Under the pieces are notes generated by a model that made no database searches, was not told the DNA's origin, and saw nothing but the letters and a program-made list of their open reading frames with translations. This document shows, in pieces, positions 42,134 through 55,366 of a stretch of 64,000 nt of DNA. The DNA is from Utricularia gibba (lineage: Eukaryota > Plantae > Magnoliophyta), in contig NEEC01000021.1 in assembly GCA_002189035.1 (NCBI GenBank), positions 1,652,416 through 1,716,415 on the forward strand, read 5' to 3'. Made by a program: the position numbers and the translations under genes. How positions within the stretch are numbered: the first letter of the stretch is position 1; every line of letters begins with the position of its first letter.

Positions 42134-43609
42134 TCATTGGTTGATCGTGTAGGAACTTGGAAACCACTTTGACATCAAGGAATGCTTTGCCTTCATTATC
42201 AGCAGAAATATACTGTAGCATGGAATGTGCATCAGGGCGACCGCAGAGTACCTGCGGGGATGCGGCTGGTGAATAACAAACTACGGTGTTTCTTTCTGAT
42301 GGAATTGCTTCTATCAAGTAAGAACAGAAAATGGATGGAGTGTATTACCACAAGGGAGAGTACGAGGATGAAAGATCGAGAAAGGGGTAAGGCCACCTGT
42401 GCCAAAAAACTTTGCTTGCCGTTACTGATGTATGTAGAGATGGCGATACAGTGGGCGAATGCTCACCAAAGCGAAATGCAAGCGTGGAGGATCCATTGGA
42501 AGATGACGTATCCTATTGTCCAGAGGAAGAAGTAGCCTATTCTGAACCACGGGAACCTCTGCAAGAGTTAAAAGTAAGTTTTCAGTCCTAAATTTAAGAG
42601 TTGAAGCATGAGAACTACTTACTAAGCTGTTTAGAGCAGTCTCGGCGAGCAAAAACACAGCATTGATCAAGTGCATGTTGACAATTAACTGAAGAAGATC
42701 AGCAACATTTGATGAATAAGCGATGAGAAGACTGGTGTACATCAGTAGATAAAAAAGGACTCACAAAGTTTAGTTTGTAGTCTCTGATGGCAAGAAACGG
42801 AACAATGATGAACCAGAACACTGTATCAGTCAGTATCACAGCTCCAGCGTTCATCTTCGGGTAAAAAAAAAAAAGTTCCAGAATGCTGTTATTCACATGG
42901 AACTCTTACTGATATTCATGAGTCCACTTTTTTACCTGGAATATGATCTGCAATACATAACCCCAGAATCCAGCCTTGGGGCTTCCAGACGACGCCTCGG
43001 GGTCAGAGTGACGAAATTCATTACATTTGTGGTCATATCTGTAGCATCCTTGAATGGATAGCAATGATCCAAGCTGCAGGCAGATACATTGAAATGAAGT
43101 AGAAGGGAGATTTAGAGGTAACTGTGTCTGTTGAATGAAGCATCTTACTGCAAAGTAGATTGTGACCAGTGTAAACGTCCACCTGTTGAGCACAATTCAC
43201 AAGCTTCAAATTTTATACAGAGATATGAATGTGATGTGATGCAATGGTAAAAGCAGGGAACTGAATAAAGGAATGCTCACTGAGTATAGTAGAAGAATAT
43301 CGTTCCTCCATCAACAATGACATTCAAAATCAGCATCAGCAAAAGCACTACAAACGCGAAAGCTCTCAACACCAGGAGATACGCAGGGTGCATACTCCTA
43401 ATACATGGCTTCCAAACTTCATCTTCATACAAGATTCCAGGAGATGATGTAGACTCTTTTTGCTTGCACGCCATACCCGAATCCTGACGAGGACACTCAT
43501 TGTTTGATATAAGAACGGAGGCGAGGACCATCGACGCCAGAATCCAAGTGGAACAAAGCAAGACCCTCCAATTCAGCCAATAGGATGAGGTTGTTGTGTC
43601 CACAGACAT
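42134..43609 (-). CDS. Multi-pass membrane protein, 'rolling stone'-like plant family
   Basis: Exons read YWLNWRVLLC, IFFYYTQWTFTLVTIYF, AGAVILTDTVFWFII, HLINAVFLLAETALNSL, WWPYPFLDLSS and HIPCY..SKWFP. Joined by GT-AG introns, they end at a TGA at 42134. Confidence 0.85.
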
Positions 43610-46192
43610 GGCTGGATGCCAAGATCTGGTAGTTCCTGTAATAAATGTCAAAAGACTCATGATTTTGTACAAATGTTGTAATCAAATCACGGTCCAAGGT
43701 CCGAATGGCAAAGCTTCTTAGTTTCTAGAACTAAAAACAAAAAATCAAATGTAGAGCCTATAGCCTTGCGGGATATGGAACCCCAGAAATGTCGGAAGGA
43801 TGTTCGTTGGAAGAGGGATCCAGAAACCCAAACCCAAACAAAGAAGAAAGAATCTGGAGACGAAGGTGAGAAGAGCAAGCTGCCGAATGAATGGCGACAG
43901 TAGGGAAAGCTTAAAGCAGAGACAAAGAATCATATTCCCATGCAAATTAAACATATGATGTGAAGTTTTGTTTACAGAGTGCATGGGAATTCTCAAAAGA
44001 CATGGTCAAAACGTAGCCCCTGTCGCATCTTCTTCCCTCGGTTGCTTTCGTTCCCACTTTTTCATTCTTTTTATAGCTAGGCAACAACGTTGGGTCCCAT
44101 CCCGTACGGACATACACAAAAAAATACAGAGATCAAAGCAATGCAATGAACGAACGACCCAATGCACAGTCACAGAGAGCATGATCCAACTACATGTTCT
44201 TTCAAAACCACCCTCATGATTCTTCTGCTGAATCCTCGTAGAGAATTACACTGAATCGAAAAGAATGTTCAAGATGGAGAAATATAGCGAGCTCAAGGAA
44301 GGAGGGGAAGCAGACCGTGAAGAATTCTGTCTATGGAATCCATGCGAGTTCCACAAGAAACTGGAAGAAGCAGTTGGTTTAAGTAGGCAGAGGGAAAGAA
44401 GGGAAAGTTTGAAGGGTTCACGCCATGGAGACGGAATGTGCAACAGAAACTGGACACGCGTGTCGAGTGCTGCAACATGCTTTCTACTTAGGAGCTTGCA
44501 GTTGCTCTTCTACCTACTTTTTGTCATCAATATTTGATTGTTTATTTGTATTCTGCATTCTTGGCGTTTGGGTTTGGACATAGTCTCCTTGCGGTCTGTA
44601 GTTAAGCGAATCCATACGGCAGAATCCAGCTGTAGCTTCTTTTTGATCCACAGTGGCGTAGCTTATAGAAAACTCGTCGCAGTAAGCGAATCACCTTTTT
44701 CTTTGCATAAGCTACTTTCTTTTTTCTGAAGGGTAAGCGACACTCAGATATGACAACCAAACAAAAAGAATGGAGGTTGTCCTTGGAACCAAAAATTAAA
44801 GTGTGATTTATTGAAACTAATAGCAGTACAGCATGTACTACGGTAGGGGATTTGTAGTAGCAAGGCACACCGTACATACCGCCGATCGTGGGTGTGATGA
44901 GCCCTTGTCTCTACTGGTCTGGCCCAGCCATGACCACCAAGGAGTTGGGCTTTGGTTTTTATCCCTTGGACTTGGCTCAGGGTCGGGCTCATCGCAAGTT
45001 TAATTTCGTCTAGACGCGGGCTCGGGCTTGGGCTCATCGCAAGTTGTCGTCTTCGTGGGAAGTGAAGATCTTTCTCTGGAGTTTAACACGTTCCTGGATT
45101 CTCCAGAAACGTGACAATGATTGCAATGCGCCGGGCATAGGAATCATGGAGTTTTGAAGAATTTAGCTGACAACACGAAGAGAGAGCTGTGGCCTTTGAG
45201 GTTTCGCAATCAAACAAGCCACGGATAAGTATACTAGAAGGTGACGGCGAAAAGGACATATTCCGGTAAACAGCATTCTGGCCGAGCGCAGTCTTGTTCT
45301 TCATCCTTTTCCTATTTGGGGCGTGTGATTTCATTGCCAGCAAGAAGAAGGCAGTGACTTATTGAGGGCTAGCGACACAGGTGCTGGTGGTTCAGATTCC
45401 CCAAGAAACACGGAGATCATTATGCTGAGAGGAACCACCAGTGAAATAGGCCCATCCATAATCACACTATGTTTCTCCTCCACGCTGTCCGCCCTGGAGG
45501 CCTGGACACACCTCTGGTAGATCCTGGGCTTCGGTAGTTGAAGTTGGATGATCCCTTTCATTTCAGATGCTTGGCGTTTTGTGTTAAAATCCTACTCCAC
45601 ATGTATCTAAAACGATATTCAAAATAATATGAAATATTCATTCACAGAGAGTCACTACATCAGATGAGGCAAGCTTAGATTTGTAGGTTTTGAATGAAGT
45701 TTGCATTTTTTTTTTTATATCTTCGGTAACCTTGGATATGGTTATTGTATTATACCTTATTTGGGCACAAGGTAGTAAATATGCAAATGAATGAGCACGC
45801 ATAGCATATCTGGTAGGGTAAAATGTAAAGAATATCTTATTTTGGTAATTTAAAAATTTTTGCTATAACTAAGGTAAATGCCAAATCAAATAAAAAAGTT
45901 AAGGTATTTGCCTCATTCAAGTTTTTGAAGTTTGTGGGTTGCCATGGCGTCATCCAGAGCTATCCTTAAATGCTATATCCAAAACAGAAATGAATCGTCC
46001 AGGAAGATCCTGTTTGACATCATCCCACGTCCCCACAACCGACTCATGGTGTTCATCCAGAATCGTCATCTTGGTCATCTCTCCCAGTAACAAGAACCCA
46101 TATATCTCTCCCTCTCCCTTCTCCCCACTTACCCTCTTCTCGGTCTCCCACTGCAATTCCCTCATTCCGTTAGATTGCTTTTCCTCTTCAGC

Positions 46193-47339
46193 ATGATGCA
46201 CACAGAGTCCATCAGAACCGTCATCGGGATCATCGGTCGGCATTCTCCACCCCTTTATTAATCCGTGTGTTTTGCAAACCCCCCTTGATTCTTGATTTGT
46301 CTTTGTTTCAGGGAATGTCATCTCCTTCTTCCTCTTCCTGTCTCCAGTGTAATCTTATATTGATTTGCATCTGATCGTTCGATTTCGTTCTACGTGTGAT
46401 GCGGTGATGGATGGATTTACTTGAAAATTCGCAGGCCGACGTTCGTCAACATATGCAAAGCTAAGTCGGTCCAGTCGTTCAAGCCAGACCCGTACCTAGC
46501 CACGATCTTGAACTGTGTGATGTGGGTTTGGTACGGGATGCCGTTCGTCCACCCTGACAGCACTCTCGTGATCACCATCAACGGCATTGGCTTCTTCATC
46601 GAGCTCTCCTACATATCCATCTTCTTCATCTTCTCCGACTGGCCCAAGCGCGTAAGCCCCTTGCGTTATCCGCCATACTAATACTTGTACCAACGGTGGT
46701 CTGTGTGTTTTTTAAACAGCGGAAGATGCTGTTCGTGTTGCTGGGGGAGGCGATATTCATGGCGGTCGTGGTGGTGGTCACCCTGGTGGCCGTCCCTAAG
46801 ATCGATGTACGGACGATCTTTGTGGGAGCATTGTGTGTCGTGTTCAATGTGGGGATGTACACATCCCCCTTAACCATTATGGTAAGTGATGGTACGGCCC
46901 ACGCGAATGTGCAACTGTTGCTGTGAGTAGGGGAATACATTATAATACGTGGTGCATGCGATGCAGAAACGAGTTATCAAGACCAAGAGTGTGAAATTCA
47001 TGCCCTTCTACCTCTCTGTGGCCAACTTCGCCAACGGCGTCATTTGGACGGTCTACGCCCTCCTCAAGTTCGATCCATGGCTCTTTGTACGTCCCGACCC
47101 CTCTGCATTAGCATATGTTCAACACAACTAAATGATCATACGGTCGGACCCCATGGCCTTTTCCTTTTCCCCTCTCAGGTGCCCAATTTGCTCGGGGCTC
47201 TATCGGGGTGGTGCAGTTGATCCTCTATGCCACCTACTACAAGAGCACACAGTGGGGGGACGAAAGCAATAACGCCGCAGGAGGAGACAGGAAAGACTCA
47301 TCCAACAACGGAGTCGAGCTCCAGAGTCCACAAGTTTGA
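46193..47339 (+). CDS. SWEET sugar transporter, clade II (SWEET5-like), 6 exons; apparent -1 indel at 47205-47208
   Basis: Exons read [67 protein letters not shown] and VPNLLG..QLILY. Confidence 0.92.
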
Positions 47340-48774
47340 TTGATTCCTCTAATCCACCTGGCTAGCTTCCTTCAATAAGGTCAAGTCAACTCACTACAGT
47401 GGACAAGCATTCTTCTTCCGATGATGTAATTCTTTTAAGAATTGAACTTCAACTTTTTGTTCGCATTTTAGAACTAAGCCTAAAAACCAAACCAATGGTT
47501 TATAATTGCAAGTATATCAAACAACCAACCATAAGATTTATAGACTGCAGTCATATATTATTCCAACTAGCTCGGATTGGATGGATGTCAGACCATGGGA
47601 TGAAATGACGAGGGTACCAAATCAGATGCAAATGCAAGCATGTGGTATTGGCGTTCCTTTTGGATGTACTGTTAAGAAACCACTTACTTCAACATGTACT
47701 ACTGAGCCAGACAATATCACTTGTTGCTTATTATATGTCCACTTCATATGAATAAAAGTTGCGTCCTTTACTATTAAACATCATCAAAGTTGATCAATCA
47801 ATACAACTCAGAAAAAAAAATATCAGGCGAGGAGGCATCGGTTGAACAAAATTGAGAGGCAGAAATGGTGTCACGCAGAGAGAGCGAGGAAGACAGGGAG
47901 AAATGAATAATTTGCACCCGTGGGGAGAGGCATGGAGAGGGAATGGAGTTGATTCATTTGACATGTGCGGTGAAACCAAAAAAAATAATTACATTAAATT
48001 ATACACTAAAAAGTAAGACAAAAACAGCATTTGAAGGAAGAAAGCTTAATGACAACAAAGAGGGCTCCTGTTCCCAGTTTTAATGCAACAGAGGTCCGCT
48101 GCTCCAACTGATGACCGCAACCTGGCGATGATGCTCATCCCTGAGAACCAGGCAATGATCCTGCTACGCGTTTCTGCTTTCTCTGTAGTAAAACAACACT
48201 TGAGATCATTCAGGGGTGTGACCTGTTTATACTTGGACTTGTATGCAATTGGGTTGGGTCAGAAGTATCTATGACCTACCTCTGCAAGCCTCAGGTCCCC
48301 AAAAACAATAAAAGAAAATTGGAGAAGTACATGCGTGATAGATGGTCTGCCTAACTCGCAGGGTAAAAAATTGCTGAAAAAGGTAACTTAGTTGACTCCC
48401 CTCACTTATCTGATTGGGAATCGGATTGGGTTTGCTTGCATCCGTTTTCAACTCGTGGCCGTTAAAGCGCTGTCCTCCTGTCCTCCTGTCCTCCCTACGC
48501 GGCATGGCATGAGGGTCCATTTTTCTCTTTTAAAGAGGCGCTCTTTTTAAGTAATGGTAATTAACCCATAAATTAACAAGATTGGTCAATGCACAACAAT
48601 CAACAACCAAGTCAGTAAAATCAAATTTGGCATGTGGATTTACTTACAAGTGGCACCCCATAATCCTCCTTCCAATGAATTTCAGGAAACAGAAGATTCT
48701 ACTTTTCCATTATCAATACAAGGATTTCATTCTAATGATGCACTGCCCTTACGGATACCAAGTATACATACATA

Positions 48775-50318
48775 CTAGTTCCACGGATTTGTGAGTCTTC
48801 CCTCTCTGAAGACTGATGTGCCACCTGATGATGCTGCAGCCGGAGAAGGAGATGACATGACATGACCTGCTCCTGAAACTGAAACAGAAACAGACAACGG
48901 CACTCGGATAGGAGCCGTGATCTGAGAGGGACTAACGGCAACTCCAGTGGTTGTGCGATAAACCTGAGGTAACTGCAACATGAAGAAATCAATTCTGCTA
49001 TCTGCCAGAATGGCTATCAGTTTAAGATGAAGCACGAGGACAAAAATTAAAGTTAGCACCTACCTCAGAGTCACCACAGGTATTTCCATCTGATCCCAGT
49101 CTAGGGGTGCTGAGCTTCATCACCGAGCTGCAGTCAGCTGAAGCATCAACTTGCGAAGAAGGAAGTAGCCGACCAGGCGTCCCCTGACCGTTATTTTGAC
49201 TCTTTAACTGTTCCTCTGCATTCAGAATCTGCAAAACGAAGATACCGAAGATAAAAGAAATCGAAACAGGTCACACCTGAATTTTACAAGCAAGCGCGAT
49301 ACGAACATCAGGTGTTCATAATCTTAAGAGCAATTTACCTGCTTTAGCACTTGCACCAAACCATGCTTCTTCGCTTTTAAAATCTCTAGCTTCTCCTGGA
49401 TCTCTTTTTTCTTTTTCTCCACATCAGATACAGCATCTTCCGTGCAGCTTGTCTACCAAGAGCACAAGGACAGAGGCACATTCATGTTGTTTACTAGAAA
49501 GCGAGGAGGAAGCATACCACTCAGCCTGCAAAATCTTGTAGGACAATTCACAAACATTTCTAGTCTATTAGACGATAATGTGCTTGCTCCATTCAATCAG
49601 CTTATGTTATTTACCATCAAAACAAGCACACGGTGCACAATAGACCCCAATATTTTGAGATGATACGTCCGCTACATGCATGCTCGATACAGCTTCCCAA
49701 TGATCAAGTTTTCATTCATATGAAATGCTCCATAAAGAGAAGCAAACAAACTCTTCCTCGCCCCAATAACATGAGCAAGAACTATCAAAGACGTAACAAG
49801 AGACCATAACAGAAGTCTAACCCCATCCATTTCAACATAAAAAGCGCGAACGTTACCTGAACCACCGCATTTCCGGAAGATTCAGGTTCACCGCCCTTGA
49901 TAGCATTTTCCTCATTTCTCTCATCCACCAAGGCATCAAATTTCTCAACCAATTTCCTCGCAAAATCTTCCCGACCCACGAATTTCGGATCTTTAGCCTT
50001 CCCTTCGTCGCCCGCCCCTCCATCATCCCCATTTGAATGCACTTCAGGATGGGAACAGGGTTCATCGACTCGATTTCCCACATCATCGTTTTTTATTGCA
50101 GCCTCCGCCGGAGGCCTATCAGAATTGCCGCCAGCGGTAGCAAACACGCTAGGGTTTGAAATGGTTGTCAGAGAGTGGAGGCGGGTCAAGGCTTTGGCGC
50201 GGCGGCGAAGTAGAATCTTGAAGTCCTTGAGTGAGATTCGGCGCTCCGGCCGCCGCCATCTCCGGGGAGCGTCGGGGACTTTATGCAGATTGCCTCTGTA
50301 CAATGAAAACGCCACCAT
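48775..50318 (-). CDS. Conserved plant uncharacterised coiled-coil protein, 4 exons
   Basis: The N-terminus is MVAFSLYRGNLHKVPDAPRRW. A coiled-coil exon (EKKKKEIQEKLEILKAKKHGLVQVLKQILNAEE) and a C-terminal SGGTSVFREGRLTNPWN* follow, and the GT-AG junctions keep frame. Confidence 0.8.
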
Positions 50319-50442
50319 TCTTTCTTGTCCTTCGGTCTGGTTTCTCGTGTAATTTCCTTTTTTTTATATCAGCTTTCCGATTTTTAGTACTTTTTATTCT
50401 GGTGTAACGAATTCGAATATTTCGGTGCTTGAGACTCGGTTA

Positions 50443-51360
50443 CTAAAATGGTTCGTCTCCGATTAAGGGGAACAGTGGGAACATTTGTTCTTTGTTTCTT
50501 TCAAGGATGGCGTCTACGAAAGATGAGGCGGAGCAAGCTTCAAACACTTCATCCAACAGAAACCCACTGCTCTTCATGTTATCCATCGCCCCTGTCTCCT
50601 CCTCCTCCTCGGTTCCTCCGGAGACATCTTCAACGAGAAAGTCTGTCCATTCGAAGCTCGATTTTGTTATCTCCTGGATATGCCATTCCTCACCCGATTC
50701 TATCTTCTGTCTCATGACCAAATTTAGTGCTTCTAGCTGGGAATAGAGTTCGGCATTTGGCGGTTTGAAATCCACAGGTAGAGTCTGGTGGGGTTTCGGC
50801 ATTGCTCCGATGTTGCCGTAGTCGGCGAGTATTTGGGAGAAGGGCTTGTGAGTTACAGGGTCAATTCCCATGGTCGAGAGCTTCTTCCTTAGTTTTCTGT
50901 TCCACAGGATTTTCACATCGCTCTCTGTTTTCCCCTGAAGTTGCTGTGCGATAATGAGCCATCTTTGCCACGAAATAACACACACAGATTGTCAGCGGAT
51001 TTACGGAAACGAAGGTTGCAATTATCCACAGTTGATTCTCTGTCTCGAGATTATCCTACCTGCTGCCTATTGCTGCATGAAGCTGGATTACAAGATCCTC
51101 TTCCTGAGGAGTGAAGAAGCAGGTCCTCTGCCATGGCAACAGACCCTGCTTCTTGCTATCACTCTTCCCAAATTTACCCCTTGCATTCCCGTCCCTCCTT
51201 CTCTGTCCTGCTGAAACACATACATGGCGGACTAAACCATACAGATACGAAACACTAATAAATACCACAATCCGGGAACTCAACCTGATCTGCTGATCCA
51301 GATTCCTGTCCTGGTCGCGTAAACTGGCTCATCTAGGGGGCCCTTCTTCACCATTTTCAT
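50443..51360 (-). CDS. MYB35/TDF1-like MYB with degenerate R2 repeat, 3 exons: 51360-51285, 51210-51060, 50962-50443 (747 nt, 248 aa)
   Basis: R3 reads FTPQEEDLVIQLHAAIGSR|WLIIAQQLQGKTESDVKILWNRKLRKKL, followed by MGIDPVTHKPFSQILADYGNIG. Both introns fall at the usual R2R3-MYB positions. Confidence 0.8.
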
Positions 51361-52124
51361 GTTCCTGGTTTAAATTCCAAACCTCTTGGCCTTTAATTAA
51401 TACATGTCATCCCTCCGAGGGGAGCGACAAAAAAAGCATGAAGTGAAAGGGATCATCCGCAGCAGCATTTGCATGATGCGAACTTATCTGGCATTCCGTT
51501 TTTTCATCAGCAAGAGTTTTATTGGGGTGTTAATAGTGGGTTAAAGAGCATTCTCGATCTGATTAGATTGGAATTGGGTGAAGACGCAACAGCACGACTT
51601 TTATTTTACATGATCGCAAAGGAACTATTTTCATGTGGTTCCCTTTCAAATCTTATCAGAAATTGAGATGAGAAAAACAAGCAGGCAGAGAAGCGGTAGG
51701 GGTGAAAGAAACTCAATAGACCAATTGAAATTTATATTTTTATTGGATTTTAAAGGATATATGAAGGATAGAGTGAGAGTCTAGAAACGAAAGGGAAAAA
51801 ACTGGATAGATTATGTACATGAATTCTGTACAGAGAATGCAACCTAAATCCATTTGAATAGAAGAATGTACGATACCATTGACTTGCTGTTGCGTTGGTA
51901 TTGAGCATATTCATGCTTGGTCCCCATGCCTACTATGAAGTAGATGCCGCCTACTTCCAGACGCTACGACTATTCTCTGCAAGAGGAATGGAGAGCTTTC
52001 TGTTGCTTGCCCCGCTCCTCTAAATCTTATTATTCAATTATCGTGTCATCGGCTCTCTTTGGAGTTGTGGGCATTTCCTACGCTTTCTTCTTGTTAAAAA
52101 AAATAGAACCTTTTGGTTGGAAAG

Positions 52125-54728
52125 ATGAAGAAAGCGACTATGGAAGGTCTGTATAGTGTGATCGTGTCGACTAGATTGCTGCTCGTGGTGTTGGTTTTGT
52201 ATGTCACTTTCATGGTTCTCGGAACTCCTTTCGTCTTCCAAAATGAGATCGGTTTAGTATCTGATGAAGGACTGAACATTGGTAATGATGGATTTTTGAA
52301 TTCGAATCCTTCTCTGCATGAAGGCCGTACCACTTCGGAGGAGGAGAAGACTCATGTTGGTCTTCTTGAAGTTCCCTCACATGGGAAAATCAAGTCTTTG
52401 ATTTCTAGCTTGAATCTTTCTGCAGCCATTGCAGATTCTATCACTGAAGGTGGGATTTTGAATTCAGCTAGAGACGCCATTCCCTTTGGTAGAACGCTGT
52501 GGGACGCGATTGAAAATGAAGCCAGTAGAAATGGATCGTCCAATATCAGCACTCACACCACTAGCAGCACCGACTCTGAGAAATGTCCACATTCAATATC
52601 ATTGGTTGGTGATGAATTTTCAAAGAACGGAAGATTACTAGTGCTGCCTTGTGGCCTCACATTCGGGTCCCATATAACAGTTGTCGGGAAGCTACATGCC
52701 CAAAACGAAATCAAGATTTCAAACCAAGGGCAATACGTGATGACGGATTTACAGTTCTTGATAGAATTGCAGGGGCTGAAGACAGTGGAAGGGGAGTACC
52801 CACCAAGAATCCTACATTTCAATCCACGGCTGAAGGGGGATTGGAGTGGGAAGCCTGTCATTGAAATGAATACTTGCTACAGGATGCAATGGGGAATCTC
52901 TCAACGCTGTGAAGGTTTGCGGTCCACAGCAGATGAGGAGACGGGTGAGTGTGCAATGGGGTTCATAGTATTATTTAATCTGAGTTTAGCACGTGGTACG
53001 GATGGTGAATGGAGAAATAGTGGTCTCCAAGGGAGCTTAACTGGCCTATGTATGGTAGTTTGGTAGAATTTACTCGTCGGTTCCTTGTAAAGCAATCTTT
53101 GGACGGTGGATGCTTTTTTTTTTTTACGTTTTAAATCATCCAGCTCTGCTGTCTAGTGTCTTGACTGTCAGGTTTTTGAACCTTATGCAGTCGATGATAT
53201 GGTCAAATGTGAAAAATGGGTCTATGGTGATGATGACAACAAACCTGAGAATTCAAAGGCGACATGGTTGCTCAGCCGTTCAACTGAAAGAACAAAAAGT
53301 ATGGTATCCGTGGACAGACCATTCCCTTTTGTGGAAGAAAAATTATTTGTGCTCACTCTCACAGCTGGCTTAGAAGGTTATCATGTCCATGTTGATGGGA
53401 GGCATGTTGCTTCATTTCCATACCGCACTGTGAGAAGGATTTTATCCTTTACTTATCTCTTTTTCTCATGAGATATAGGAATCACTTGAGTTCAATCTAA
53501 TGATCCAGGGATTTGCTCTCGAGGATGCCACCGGATTGGCAATAAATGGGGATGTTGATGTTCATTATGTTGTTTCTGCTTCACTTCCATCATCACATCC
53601 CATTTTTAGTTCTCAAAGGCATCTTGACTTGTCTGAAAGATGGAAGTCTCCTCCAATTGTAGATAGAAATGTTGAACTTCTCATAGGTATTCTATCAGCT
53701 GGAAACCATTTTGCTGAACGCATGGCTGTGAGAAAGTCCTGGATGCAGCATCATCTTATCAAGTCTTCAAAAGTTGTTGCACGCTTCTTCGTTGCATTGG
53801 TGGGTGCTGTGTGATTTTTCTTTTTTCGCTGCGGTACAAGTAAATGCTCCTGAAAAACTTACATAGAGCAAGTGTTGGATTAGAATGCAAGGAAAGAAGT
53901 AAACATAAAAGTAAAGAAGGAAGCCGAGTTTTTTGGCGACATTGTTATAGTACCGTACATGGACAAGTATGATCTCGTCGTTCTGAAAACACTCGCCATT
54001 TGCGAATATGGGGTGAGTCTTTGAACCTCAAGTGTTGGTTGTGGCATTCGTTTTCCGCAGTCTTTTTTACTGTTAGAATTTACAGGTGAGAACCGTTTTG
54101 GCAAAATATATCTTGAAGGGTGATGATGACACGTTCGTAAGGGTAGATGCTGTCCTAGATGAAGCGAGAAAGGTTGGAAAACTGAGCTCGTATGTTGGCA
54201 ATATAAACTACCATCATAGGCCCCTACGCAGTGGTAAATGGGCTGTTTCGTATGAGGTACCGTAGACAAGTACTCCCTTACCTTTGACGCTGCTCGCTTA
54301 GTTACTTAGACCTGAACTCATTTTCAGGAATGGCCTGAGGAAGACTATCCACCGTATGCGAATGGAGCGGGCTACATTCTGTCGTATGATATTGCTAAAC
54401 ACATTGTTTCTGATTTCAAGCAGCACAAACTTCGGGTAAGCGTAGGTAGCTCCGTGTTTGGTTGCCTTCCAGTTCTAACAACACTGGTAACTTGAACTAG
54501 TTATTTTCGTAGTTGTTCAAAATGGAGGATGTAAGCATGGGAACTTGGGTTGCAAAGTTCAACAGCACGACTCCCGTGACGTACATCCATAGCCGGAAGT
54601 TCTGCCAATTTGGATGCGTAGAAGGCTACTTAACGGCTCATTACCAGTCTCCAAGGCAGATGATGTGCCTCTGGTACAAGCTAACTCGTTTTGGAAGTGG
54701 AAGGCCCTCTTGTTGCAACCTGAGATGA
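52125..54728 (+). CDS. Hydroxyproline O-galactosyltransferase (GT31 with galectin domain; GALT4/5/6-like), 7 exons
   Basis: An N-terminal TM segment precedes [85 protein letters not shown] and the C-terminal CCNLR*. Confidence 0.93.
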
Positions 54729-54900
54729 GATAGATGCAATCACAACTTCCAAATATAGATTGTCAAGTACATTGATTGATAAGATACACAACCTTGTTGA
54801 CATACTTTGAGCAGAAATCAATCAAATAAACAAAACAAAAGGATGCAATTTTATAAAAAATCTAAAAGTACAGAATAGACACAGCATGTTACTGGTTAAA

Positions 54901-54930
54901 AAAAAAGAAAAGAAAAGAAAAGAAAAGAAA
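54901..54930. repeat. (GAAAA)n pentamer run
   Basis: AAAAAAGAAAAGAAAAGAAAAGAAAAGAAA lies between the convergent GALT and NPF 3' ends. Confidence 0.75.
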
Positions 54931-55366
54931 TAGCTTGTTATCAAGGAATTTGGACAGGCGCCCTGAGAGGTCAGAAGTATCGCTGAAGGACAGGAAACTT
55001 GAATCGATGTTCGGTATCCAAAGAAGCTCAGCAGAGAAGCACAAGTATTCATGTTGACGCGAGCATGATTTTGCAAGTGTGGGGTGTACAAACTGAGAAC
55101 TAGTCTGCTGAAGTTCGTGAATATTACTGCTGATTAGCAGGAATTGGATTAATATTTTGATAGAATATGGTGCTTGGTGAGGCATTGCCTCTTTATCTTG
55201 GATGATCATCCCATTTGAGCGGTTGTATGCAACGAATGGCTTGTTCATCATCATCTATCCAATTTGGATTCTGTATCGCCATTGTGAACGGATGTCGCTA
55301 GGGCATCTGTATAACATAACGAGAGTAAAAAGAACAGCACACTCCCCCACTGTAGGAGCTAAACTA

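Noticed and set aside
44985-45045. Exact 16-bp direct repeat GGGCTCATCGCAAGTT with a 29-bp spacer (CRISPR-like look)
   Set aside because: There are only two copies in eukaryotic DNA with no cas genes, so it is a simple local duplication.
48269-48520. 83-aa minus-strand ORF between SWEET and the coiled-coil gene
   Set aside because: I recognise no motifs, it includes a (TGTCCTCC)3 repeat and AT-rich low-complexity codons, and the putative downstream intron is implausibly short.
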